Positions 8,990-17,962 of a stretch of DNA of 64,000 bases are shown in pieces. The first letter of the stretch is position 1. Each line of letters begins with the position of its first letter. The translations under genes were made by a program, and so were the position numbers. Below the pieces are notes generated by a model, which saw nothing but the letters and a program-made list of their open reading frames with translations, ran no database searches and was not told where the DNA came from. Source of the stretch: an uncultured archaeon (lineage in GTDB: Archaea > Thermoplasmatota > Penumbrarchaeia > JASLWR01); assembly GCA_964342815.1 (NCBI GenBank), contig CAYFHS010000012.1, positions 42,421 through 106,420 on the forward strand, given 5' to 3'.

Positions 8990-11815
8990 CTATACCGAAA
9001 CAAACACTACGGATATTATCGTACAGAGCAATAGCCAAAAAGCGAAAGTGGGAAGCAGTCTCTTAATAAGAATAGATTCCTGGTTTTTCAGGCCGATTGC
9101 CGTTGCAATCACAACTGCGTTCATAGGAGATATCATCTCTCCGGCACTGGAACCAAGCACCTGCGCGGCAGCCACCTTTATCGTGGGAAGCCCCAATCTG
9201 GTCGCTGCTTCAATATGCAGTCCACCAAATAGGACATTGGAGGTGGTGGTGGAACCCGTCAGAGCGGATCCACTCATACCGATAATCGGAATAAAGAACA
9301 CGTATGCATCCCCAACCAGTTTTACAATATTGATAGCTATTGAAGATGTCATGTTAAAATATCTCATAATGTTGGCCATAGCAATGAATGCAACGATTGC
9401 CAGAAGGATCGGGGCGACATCCTTCGCAGTATTCAATAATGCCCGTTTTATCATTCTGTTAGGACGTATAGCATGGGCAAGAACGTCAATTCTCACCGTT
9501 TGCACATCCTCCCCACTCTTATCCACGGAATCGTCGGTAGAATCTTGAAAGTAATCCTCATCCAATTCGTCATCATCTTCGAAATCGAATTCCATATCAT
9601 CATCATCGTCCGATTCATCCCAATCCAGGTCATCATCATCATCATCGTCGAAAACAACCTCATAATCCCCGCCGTCGTTCATTAGTTTCCGTTTTTTCTT
9701 CTTCCGGGCCTCAAATGAACGCCTCCTCTTTTCTCGATTAGACTTCCTGTCTGTCATCGTCCCGGATTCATTTTCGGAGTCCTCGTCATTTGAATCATCA
9801 CCGTTTCCTTCCTCATCCCTATCTGTTGCAGTTTCCGATGTATCAATTTTCGGTTGTTTCTTTTTCTTCTTCTTTTTCTTCTTTTTCAATTCTTTTCCCC
9901 GTTCTCCGGACCTGGTTTTCTTGTCCGAGACGTCCTTCTCCCCGTCCTTGACCTTGGTACTTTTAATCTTCTCCGCTGTTTTCTTCATTTCCTCAGTCAA
10001 ACTGGTGGATATCTTTTTTGGTATAGGTTTCTCTTTTTCGCTACTTTTTTTCCTTGGGATTTCACCTATCTCCTGACCTTTCATCCCTCTCAGGATATTC
10101 ATTTCTTTCTCGGCATCTCCAAGATGTGATATCTCAGCGTTTGTCAGGTCCTCAATAAATGTACTTTCCATCTCGCTATCGGGAAAATATCTCGCAGCGA
10201 CTTTTACGAATAAAGGGACCGTTAAAGTTGTAATAAACAGAATGGTCCCGGGAGAATAGAAGGGAGAGAATTTCATCACCTTGTCGGCGGATATGGAACT
10301 GAAAGGCACCTCCAGGGTAATAATATCCATTGTAAGAAAATCATTTATCCACGGTACCAAGCGGGTTGCCAATAGTAAAAACACCATTAATACCATAGCG
10401 TAGAAATATGGTCTGGAAAATAGACCGAGACGAGGTTTAGATGACTTGTCTGCTTTAACTCGTTTTGATAAATCATGTTTTCCTGCCTTTTTCAGTATCT
10501 TCCGTTCCACAACATATCTTTCGTAAAGAATTACGAAGACTAACGTAGCACCACCAGCGATTATTGTGGGTAGTTCTGGGCCGGCAAAATACGCCACAAG
10601 TGCTTGCAAAGTCCCGTAAACTGCACCCATCCCCATTAGCAGTATGATATCTTCCTTGAGATCGGGATCACGGAAATCGGCAAGAGGACCCTGCTCTGTA
10701 TACACAATATTCATGATCAGCGGTGCAAAGATACAAAGAACAATCATGTAGATGCCGATCCATCCTGATATTGGTAATAGAGCGAGTCCAGTCACCTCCT
10801 TCAGTGCAATAATGCTAACACCCAATAAACCGAAGACCGAGGAGATGGAGTTTCCGAAAAGGCAGAGCACTCCCACACCTATGCGGTTGAAACCCAGAGA
10901 TACAAGCATGATTGCAGCTATCACGAAATTCGATCCACCCGGGGCCACGGCAGCCAGGATCAATGCAAAGCAGAATCCTATTAGCAGTACCTGATGTTGT
11001 TTATCTGTTGAAATCGATTTGAAATCGTTCTTCAATTGATCGATGGCACCCACTTTCTCCAGCATCTTTAAGAAGAAGAAAGCACCGAAGATGGCATAAA
11101 CGTAATCCAATCCACCCCAGAGAGCGCTGTAAGCGACAGTCCCGCCCATCTTATTCAGAGCTTCCCCGAACCCGAGTTCGTCCTTGAAGAATATAAGGGC
11201 TAGGATTATCGTTATAAACAACGCCGCTGGTGCCACGTACCTGGACGACAGTTTGAATACCAATATACCCGTGAAGACCACCACCAGAGGAATGAGTGCA
11301 ATCAGTGCGAGATACCAAGGGAAATCCGTCTCATCCTCTTCAACAGTTATTTTCGAGATATCCAGTATCATCACGTTATTCGTGAGGTCGGGATCACGAA
11401 CCGTCTCATTAGTAGTGGTATATTGTGAAATTCGAATTCTAACGCGTTTGATGCTGGTATCATTTAAAGTTATATCCGCATAGACCAAAGTATTGCTTGC
11501 TGTTAAGGACGTGTCTTCGCGATAGAACTCTTCCCAGAGTGCTTCATCGACCTGGTTGCCCAGGTCTATGAAAAGGGTTATCCGCGAAAAATTTTTAACT
11601 AGGGGATTCTGGATATTCACCGATATGTTAACATCGAATCGCGGATCGATGCTATCCATAATCTTTCCCTTCCTGACCGCCAATTTGTTTCCGTCCTGAG
11701 AAATACCGATTCCAGAGATTGACATATCGTTTTCCGATATTGCCATAGTGGTTGGGGCAATCGTCATGATCAAGGTGAAAAGGACGAATATAAATAACCA
11801 GAACTTTCCTTTCAT
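8990..11815 (-). CDS. L-lactate permease (LctP)-family transporter with an N-terminal extracellular domain and a large charged cytoplasmic insertion
   Basis: 941 aa with a signal-like N-terminus (MKGKFWLFIFVLFTLIMTIAPTTMA) followed by a beta-rich domain of about 140 aa. LctP-like TM core (…APGGSNFVIAAIMLVSLGF…; C-terminal …GMSGSALTGSTTTSNVLFGGLHIEAA…GSSAGEMISPMN…). Confidence 0.8.
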   Translation of the reverse strand: MKGKFWLFIFVLFTLIMTIAPTTMAISENDMSISGIGISQDGNKLAVRKGKIMDSIDPRFDVNISVNIQNPLVKNFSRITLFIDLGNQVDEALWEEFYREDTSLTASNTLVYADITLNDTSIKRVRIRISQYTTTNETVRDPDLTNNVMILDISKITVEEDETDFPWYLALIALIPLVVVFTGILVFKLSSRYVAPAALFITIILALIFFKDELGFGEALNKMGGTVAYSALWGGLDYVYAIFGAFFFLKMLEKVGAIDQLKNDFKSISTDKQHQVLLIGFCFALILAAVAPGGSNFVIAAIMLVSLGFNRIGVGVLCLFGNSISSVFGLLGVSIIALKEVTGLALLPISGWIGIYMIVLCIFAPLIMNIVYTEQGPLADFRDPDLKEDIILLMGMGAVYGTLQALVAYFAGPELPTIIAGGATLVFVILYERYVVERKILKKAGKHDLSKRVKADKSSKPRLGLFSRPYFYAMVLMVFLLLATRLVPWINDFLTMDIITLEVPFSSISADKVMKFSPFYSPGTILFITTLTVPLFVKVAARYFPDSEMESTFIEDLTNAEISHLGDAEKEMNILRGMKGQEIGEIPRKKSSEKEKPIPKKISTSLTEEMKKTAEKIKSTKVKDGEKDVSDKKTRSGERGKELKKKKKKKKKKQPKIDTSETATDRDEEGNGDDSNDEDSENESGTMTDRKSNREKRRRSFEARKKKKRKLMNDGGDYEVVFDDDDDDDLDWDESDDDDDMEFDFEDDDELDEDYFQDSTDDSVDKSGEDVQTVRIDVLAHAIRPNRMIKRALLNTAKDVAPILLAIVAFIAMANIMRYFNMTSSIAINIVKLVGDAYVFFIPIIGMSGSALTGSTTTSNVLFGGLHIEAATRLGLPTIKVAAAQVLGSSAGEMISPMNAVVIATAIGLKNQESILIKRLLPTFAFWLLLCTIISVVFVSV
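9446..10183 (-). other. low-complexity block-charged insertion of about 246 aa inside the permease (K/R block, K10 run, D/E block)
   Basis: Residues ~545-790 read ...KELKKKKKKKKKKQPK..., ...REKRRRSFEARKKKKRK..., ...VFDDDDDDDLDWDESDDDDDMEFDFEDDDELDEDY.... The segment sits between LctP-like TM segments. Confidence 0.8.
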
Positions 11816-12093
11816 TTGTCACACCAACTATCATCACATAAAGGAAAATGAAATCGAATCCACAACGGAATAGGCAGGTTCTTTATTAAAGTTTCTCTGG
11901 TTTATACCTTCATCTTAAGGAATATGGTTTCAGGGCTGGCAATGCCATTTTATATCAGAGAGTCCAAGATAAATTTTCAATAAATAATTTAAGCCGCGGA
12001 CCGCATCGAGGAAAATATCCAACATAATATTGAGGCAGATTTTGAAAGATGGAATTTCAATGCGACGGTATCTGGTTACAGTGAGGTTATAAA

Positions 12094-13092
12094 ATGCGCG
12101 CCATGGTGTTGAGCAAGCAAGGACCGTTAGGAGAAAATAGCTTGGTGTTAAGTTCGATTCCCCTGCCCGAACCAGGTACAGAAGAAATCCGGATCAAGGT
12201 GGCCGCCTGCGGTGTATGCAGAACCGACCTCCACATTGTGGAAGGTGATCTGGAACTTCCCAGGTCCCCACTTATACCGGGTCATCAGGTTGTTGGGACG
12301 GTGGATCAAGTAGGAAAGAATGTGACTCTTTTCAATAAAGGAGACTTAGTTGGTGTTCCCTGGCATCGCAGTTCCTGTACTGAATGTGAATTCTGTATAC
12401 AAGGATTCGAAAACCTCTGTGACAGCGCACGGTTTAACGGATATCATGCCAACGGCGGATTTGCAGAATATATGACAGCTCCAGCAGATTTTATATTCCC
12501 AATACCAATCGGATTTCCTATGATTCAAGCAGCCCCGCTTCTTTGCGCCGGCATTATTGGATTTCGTGCATTGAGACTTTCCAATATCAAAGAAGGAGGC
12601 ATTCTAGGGCTGTACGGTTTCGGCGCATCAGCCCATGTAACGATCCAGATTGCAAGGCATTGGGGTATCAAGGTATATGTATTCACCCGAAGCAGGGAGC
12701 ATAGAAAATATGCTGAAAAATTAGGTGCCGCATGGACGGGAGCTTCCACTGATTCTCCTCCAAGTAAAACAGACAGCAGCATAATCTTTGCCCCGGCCGG
12801 ACCGCTGATACCGGTAGCTTTGAGGGTTCTTAGAAAGGGTGGGACACTGGCCCTGGCGGGAATTTATATGAGTCCGGTTCCTGAGATGTCATATGAGCTT
12901 CTATACGGTGAAAGAAATATCAAAAGCGTCGCAAACAGCACTAGAGAAGATGCTAGAGGACTTTTAAAGCTTGCTGCTGAAATACCCATAGTCACCGATG
13001 TGAAGATTTTTCCCCTCATAAAGGCAAACGAGGCATTATTGCGATTAAAGCGAAGCGGGATAAATGGTTCTGCGGTTCTGAAAATCGGATGA
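12094..13092 (+). CDS. zinc-dependent alcohol dehydrogenase (MDR family)
   Basis: 332 aa. Catalytic-Zn motif CGVCRTDLHIVEG, structural-Zn Cys cluster CTECEFCIQGFENLC and a Rossmann segment GLYGFGASAH. Confidence 0.9.
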   Translation: MRAMVLSKQGPLGENSLVLSSIPLPEPGTEEIRIKVAACGVCRTDLHIVEGDLELPRSPLIPGHQVVGTVDQVGKNVTLFNKGDLVGVPWHRSSCTECEFCIQGFENLCDSARFNGYHANGGFAEYMTAPADFIFPIPIGFPMIQAAPLLCAGIIGFRALRLSNIKEGGILGLYGFGASAHVTIQIARHWGIKVYVFTRSREHRKYAEKLGAAWTGASTDSPPSKTDSSIIFAPAGPLIPVALRVLRKGGTLALAGIYMSPVPEMSYELLYGERNIKSVANSTREDARGLLKLAAEIPIVTDVKIFPLIKANEALLRLKRSGINGSAVLKIG

Positions 13093-13115
13093 GAAATTGG
13101 ATCGATTCAGAAGGA

Positions 13116-13988
13116 TCAAAGCTCACCTTCGATTCCACACTCCGGACATTTCACAGGTAGTGGATCTTTACCCGTGTCCTCTACATTGAAACTAACCGAG
13201 CATCCGGGACACTCCACTTCGAAAAGTTTCTGGCTAACCTTCTTCTTAAAAGATATTTTACGCATTTCTTTCTCAACTTCCACGTATATATCTTCCGCGG
13301 CTTCCTCGCTGATGTTAAAATGTACCCTTAAAGCCTGCAGTATCTTTTCCTCACTGTCGCTTATGATACCGTCCGATAAGGCACCCCGAAGGGCATCCTT
13401 GTATGCTTCACGATTCTTGGGATCGTTGAATTTCGCCGAAGGAACCTCGAGAGCCCCCACATCGAGGCTTGAGCGCTGGATAACGCTGTCCTTGACATCG
13501 ATACTCCCTCCGGCATAATATTTTTCAACCTGGAACACAACAGTTTGTTTTTCGTCCGGTATCTTTTTTTCCTTTACTGGCTTGGATTTCAGCTCCTCCA
13601 GTCTCCTCCTCACTTCCTCTTCTTTCCGGTAATTATTTTTATAGCTTTTCAATCCCGTAAAGAACATAAGAATCCCAACACCAACGAATAAAAGCGGGAC
13701 TATCCTGAAAAGAAGTGGTATCTTTGCCTTGAACAAGACCGTGGTAATCCCCAGGCTGAGGATTGAAAAAATCACACCCACGATCATGACGCCAATTGCT
13801 TTGGAACGTTCGGCACTAGGAGCACATACTCTGCAGTACGTTTTTAGTGCCGGGGCGGCTTGGTGACCTTGTGACGTGCTTGCTCCACCTACCTGAACCT
13901 CCCTTTTGCAGACCATACAAATCGGCTTATCGCATTTTTCACAAGAAGTGATAGAAGGCTCGTCGGGGTGGAAAGCGCATGGTATCAT
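13116..13988 (-). CDS. membrane protein: N-terminal B-box-type zinc finger, 2-3 TM, TerB/DjlA-like helical segment, C-terminal zinc ribbon
   Basis: 290 aa. CAFHPDEPSITSCEKCDKPICMVC at the N-terminus, hydrophobic stretches IGVMIVGVIFSILSLGITTVLF and IVPLLFVGVGILMFF, then ...ALSDGIISDSEEKILQALRVHFNISEEAAEDIY... and C-terminal CPGC...CPEC. Confidence 0.6.
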   Translation of the reverse strand: MIPCAFHPDEPSITSCEKCDKPICMVCKREVQVGGASTSQGHQAAPALKTYCRVCAPSAERSKAIGVMIVGVIFSILSLGITTVLFKAKIPLLFRIVPLLFVGVGILMFFTGLKSYKNNYRKEEEVRRRLEELKSKPVKEKKIPDEKQTVVFQVEKYYAGGSIDVKDSVIQRSSLDVGALEVPSAKFNDPKNREAYKDALRGALSDGIISDSEEKILQALRVHFNISEEAAEDIYVEVEKEMRKISFKKKVSQKLFEVECPGCSVSFNVEDTGKDPLPVKCPECGIEGEL

Positions 13989-14051
13989 AACTATCGACCG
14001 TGGGAATTAATAATCAGCTAATATTTTAAAATTTAGGTTCGGGATGAAAAA

Positions 14052-14489
14052 ATGAACGTCACTAGATTTATAATAAAAAATGGCAATACGCCATCCATGA
14101 CCTCCGGTACCTCGAGGAAATTGAAGGTACATTGCCATGAGGAGATGGCCTCGGAAGCGATACGGATGCTCTGGGCCGGGCTGCCCTATAGAGAAAAAAA
14201 AATCAAGATCGACAGATTACCCAAGGATTTTTGGGGTTCGTTCAAAATCAAAGGGGACGGCGCTCTTATCAAAAAATTCAATAAGGTACATTTTTTCGCA
14301 GATGTAAAAAGAAAAAATGATGACTACCTGATCATCAGAGTGGAAGTGGTGATTCCCGCACCGATCTTCGGCCATGGATCCTTAAAGATATTAACGAGGT
14401 GCATCCTTCTTCTGGCAGGATATTTTCAACGTCGAAACATCGAGGTTGAAAGCGTACGTCAGTTGTTCGGACCGACACTGAAGTTGTGA
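14052..14489 (+). CDS. hypothetical protein (145 aa)
   Basis: ATG ORF in an otherwise empty interval. I recognise no motif. Confidence 0.4.
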   Translation: MNVTRFIIKNGNTPSMTSGTSRKLKVHCHEEMASEAIRMLWAGLPYREKKIKIDRLPKDFWGSFKIKGDGALIKKFNKVHFFADVKRKNDDYLIIRVEVVIPAPIFGHGSLKILTRCILLLAGYFQRRNIEVESVRQLFGPTLKL

Positions 14490-14597
14490 AGTGTTTACAA
14501 AGAGTTAAATATTTTGGCAAAGAACGTACAAATAGTCTTAATTATGCTCTATACTTTTCTGTGATACTCATTGGAGTGTATATGGGGGGTGTAATCT

Positions 14598-15236
14598 ATG
14601 AAAAAAAGACTGTGTATTGGAATATTCCTCACCCTTTTTTTTATATTCCACCCACGCATGGTAATAAGCGAGAATTCAATAAACTATATTCAGATCAACA
14701 TAAGCAATTATAATAGATGCGAATCCCGAGCGACTGCGGTTTACATTACCCCTGCCGAGAACACGAGTTATGAATACCAAGCGGATACAGAGAACAAGAC
14801 CATAGCGAGGATATGGATGAAGATAGTTTGTGAAAAATACAATCCATTGGAGACTGTAACTATAGAACCGGAGGCGGAAACTGGCGGTTGGGAGCATTCA
14901 TTGGTTCCGGATACCATAGAGGTCACAGAGAACGGCCAAAGCGAACATCCGTTCGTTCTCATATTGATTGTACCTCCAATGGAGAAGAACACAACCAAGG
15001 AGATTATGTTCAGTGGGTCCTACATAGCTCTTGGAGGAGGAACGTATAAACTACCCGAAACTGGGGCAGAATATACGTTTTTTGTCAATGAGACACTTGA
15101 TATAAGGGAAGAATCCAAAAACGAGGTGAAAACGAATGGTGGATTTTCCACAGTAGCGGTAATCACGATCATCGGGATCGCCTTGATACTGGTACTTATA
15201 TCCATCGAAATCTTCTGGCGCAGGAAGAGGAAATAG
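14598..15236 (+). CDS. small secreted, C-terminally TM-anchored surface protein
   Basis: 212 aa. GGGGGTG RBS before the ATG, a signal-like N-terminus (MKKRLCIGIFLTLFFIF), N-glycosylation sequons, and a C-terminal TM followed by the basic tail WRRKRK. Confidence 0.55.
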   Translation: MKKRLCIGIFLTLFFIFHPRMVISENSINYIQINISNYNRCESRATAVYITPAENTSYEYQADTENKTIARIWMKIVCEKYNPLETVTIEPEAETGGWEHSLVPDTIEVTENGQSEHPFVLILIVPPMEKNTTKEIMFSGSYIALGGGTYKLPETGAEYTFFVNETLDIREESKNEVKTNGGFSTVAVITIIGIALILVLISIEIFWRRKRK

Positions 15237-15246
15237 TAAACTCAGT

Positions 15247-16047
15247 TCAATCCAATATTTTGTTTACCTGCTCCATCACACTTTGCCTAACGCTCTCAGG
15301 AGTAAATACCTCCAGATGACCAGGGACAGACAATATCTTCAAATTATGATTTTTTAGATATTCTATGGCAGGTTCCGTTTTCTCGGTGAACTCGTTCAAT
15401 CTCGAACGAATCTTTTCTTCGGTATCATCCGATCGGATTATCACCTCGGTTCCACACATCCTGCAGAATCTGCCATTGGTGGGTGGTTCGAACTCCAAAT
15501 GAAAAACCTTTTTGCATTTGGGGCAAATCCTACGGCCCATTAGCCTCTTTATGATGGATTCATCCCTGTTGTACACATGGATAGCAAAGTCGACGGTGAA
15601 GTTCTTTCGGGTTGCAAGCTCCAGAAGGAATTTGGCCTGTCCCGGCGTCCGGGGAAATCCGTCCATCACCTTGCCACGGTAATTCGACCGTGACAAATAA
15701 GCTTTGAATAAAGAGTTCGTAATTCGATCCGGAACGTATTTTCCGCTGTCTACAAAATATTTGGCCTTCAAACCCATGAGCACTTCTTTCATACGGCCTT
15801 TGCAATTCCCCCCGAGCATTTCCACCAGCACTACGACATCCTTGAACCAATCAAGGTCATTATCCCAGAACTGAGCGAGATCACCCTTGAAACCGCATTC
15901 ATTGAATATCCCCATGTAGTACCTGAAGATTTCACCTGTGGATAGCTGCTCCAAACCGAATTCTTCCAGTAGTACGTCGATCCGGGATTGTTTTCCTGCA
16001 CCACTCTTTCCCATGACAAGAACATTCTGAACATCCTCGCGTTTCAT
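15247..16047 (-). CDS. adk: adenylate kinase (long form with a 4-Cys zinc lid)
   Basis: 266 aa. P-loop MGKSGAGKQS, NMP-binding LSTGEIFR, and a lid GRRICPKCKKVFH...CRMCGTEVIIRSDD. It carries an extra segment of about 50 aa compared with typical AKs. Confidence 0.85.
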   Translation of the reverse strand: MKREDVQNVLVMGKSGAGKQSRIDVLLEEFGLEQLSTGEIFRYYMGIFNECGFKGDLAQFWDNDLDWFKDVVVLVEMLGGNCKGRMKEVLMGLKAKYFVDSGKYVPDRITNSLFKAYLSRSNYRGKVMDGFPRTPGQAKFLLELATRKNFTVDFAIHVYNRDESIIKRLMGRRICPKCKKVFHLEFEPPTNGRFCRMCGTEVIIRSDDTEEKIRSRLNEFTEKTEPAIEYLKNHNLKILSVPGHLEVFTPESVRQSVMEQVNKILD

Positions 16048-16175
16048 TGTACCACCTGTGGATTTTATACCTTATCCCTATCTGATTAAATTAATTTATC
16101 CCAAATCCTCAAAAATCTAAAAATAAATCCACAATGTATATCAATAATTAACAGTTACGTAAGTAGAAAGCAATT

Positions 16176-16652
16176 ATGATCACGGGGTCTCGAAATATGA
16201 TCAGCGGTGTAGAACTAAAATCCTTGAAGATCAATCTAGATGACAGAGGATATTTGATGGAGATCCTCCGCAATGACGAACCCTTTTTCAGCGGTTTCGG
16301 CCAATGTTATATTACCAGCTGCTTTCCAGGTATTGTCAAAGCCTGGCATATGCATGAACGCCAGGAAGATAATATCTGTGCTATCAAGGGAAACATAAAA
16401 TTGGTCCTCTCTGACCTGAGAAAGAAATCTCCAACATTGGCTGATATTAACGAATTCTTCATTGGCGAACAAAATCCACTGCTCATCAAGGTACCACCGG
16501 GAGTATACCACGGGTTCACCTCTCTAGGTGGTGAAACGGCGTTTCTTCTGAACATACCCTCGGAACCTTTCAACAGGAAGAAACCGGATGAGCATCGACT
16601 TCCTTATGACACCCGAAAGATCGATTATTCATGGTCAGATATCAATCGTTAA
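16176..16652 (+). CDS. dTDP-4-dehydrorhamnose 3,5-epimerase-like cupin (RmlC/WxcM-like)
   Basis: 158 aa. The cupin core ...VKAWHMHERQEDNICAIKGNIKLVLSDLRKKSPT...IKVPPGVYHGFTSLG... resembles the RmlC family. No rmlABD neighbours. Confidence 0.65.
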   Translation: MITGSRNMISGVELKSLKINLDDRGYLMEILRNDEPFFSGFGQCYITSCFPGIVKAWHMHERQEDNICAIKGNIKLVLSDLRKKSPTLADINEFFIGEQNPLLIKVPPGVYHGFTSLGGETAFLLNIPSEPFNRKKPDEHRLPYDTRKIDYSWSDINR

Positions 16653-16686
16653 CCAGCAGATTTATCATTTACAAAGGAGACAATAG

Positions 16687-17850
16687 ATGGGAAGGTCCTC
16701 CCGTGGAAAAGAGGCAAGAACACATTACCAGATACTAGGTGTTCAGTTCAATGCCACCAAGGCGGAGATCAAAAAAGCTTACCGAAGATTGGCGGAGAAA
16801 TATCATCCAGACCGGACTCGGGACCTACCGGAACACATACGTAAAAAATACGAAAAAGAAATGAAATTGATAAACATGGCTAAAGACGTTGTTCTAAATC
16901 CCACCAGCCGTTCATTTTACAACTACAAACTAGGTTTTTGCGACAGCGTGGAGGTTTTTGAAGAAGAGATCGAGGAAGTAGAACCCTTGTCAGGTGAAGG
17001 TGACCCTGCTGGCTCGCCACACTTTCAAGCCGAGCCAGAAGGCGACATAGAAACGAATGTTTCTATTAGCCCTAATAGAATCTATGATTCTATGTCGGGA
17101 CTCGACTTGTCAGGTAAAGGCGATTCGGATGGTTCCCATTTCATTCCGACGCATCAAGATGCGCCTAAACCCTCGGTTGGAAAGCCAGCTGGATCACAAC
17201 ACAGGACGGGTAGAGACTTGTCAAATGATAAGGGTAACATAGACGGGATCGATAGGTCATATGTTTCTTTCGGAACCAACCCCGAAAGGGAGAACTCTGA
17301 AGAAGAATTATCTTCTGAAGATATAGACGAGGATTACGAAATCGCCGCAGAAGTGGTGGAGTTCTTCAGGGAAGAAAACGAAGGTTTGGAAGAACCCGAA
17401 TTGGTTGCCGAAGTGGTAGATATTATCGATGATTCATCCGATTATACCTCACAAGATATGTACCATGAGGATATTGATCCGATTTCCAACGGTAGTCTGA
17501 ATGATGAAAAAAATGATTCCAATGAACGGGAGATTACAGAGATCAATAATAATTACGAGGAAGCAAACTTAGAAGACAGAATTCCTTTCTGGGATGAAGA
17601 ACCGGTCCGGAAAAGACCAGTTAATGAATTCAAAAAGATCCATCCCCCCCTACCAAAACAAAATAATCCCGATACCGGTAGCCAGAATTTATTTATCAGA
17701 GGAACGGGTTATCACTTGGAGGTACGCCCGGTCAGTCTGTATCAGGACGACAATGTCACAATCGAGGTTACGGCGTCCGGCCTCAAGTACCGGGACCTGA
17801 AGAAGAGAACTCGAAACAGAAAAAAGGGGGATAAAAACCATCACGGATAA
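16687..17850 (+). CDS. J-domain (DnaJ-like) protein with a long acidic disordered region
   Basis: 387 aa. The N-terminal J domain [32 protein letters not shown] contains the HPD motif. There is no G/F or zinc-finger domain. The remainder is E/D/S-rich and ends in a basic tail. Confidence 0.85.
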   Translation: MGRSSRGKEARTHYQILGVQFNATKAEIKKAYRRLAEKYHPDRTRDLPEHIRKKYEKEMKLINMAKDVVLNPTSRSFYNYKLGFCDSVEVFEEEIEEVEPLSGEGDPAGSPHFQAEPEGDIETNVSISPNRIYDSMSGLDLSGKGDSDGSHFIPTHQDAPKPSVGKPAGSQHRTGRDLSNDKGNIDGIDRSYVSFGTNPERENSEEELSSEDIDEDYEIAAEVVEFFREENEGLEEPELVAEVVDIIDDSSDYTSQDMYHEDIDPISNGSLNDEKNDSNEREITEINNNYEEANLEDRIPFWDEEPVRKRPVNEFKKIHPPLPKQNNPDTGSQNLFIRGTGYHLEVRPVSLYQDDNVTIEVTASGLKYRDLKKRTRNRKKGDKNHHG

Positions 17851-17962
17851 ACGAGTATTTCCCGGTGCAAGCGAACAGATGTTCCAAGATTATCGGCAGA
17901 GGCGTATATATAAGAAAAATATAGATACTTTATTAAATTTCAGTTCCTAAGGTTTATCGAAG

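Noticed and set aside
8916-9548. A 210-aa plus-strand ORF.
   Set aside because: It is antisense to the conserved C-terminal LctP TM core. The minus-strand frame carries the family motifs.
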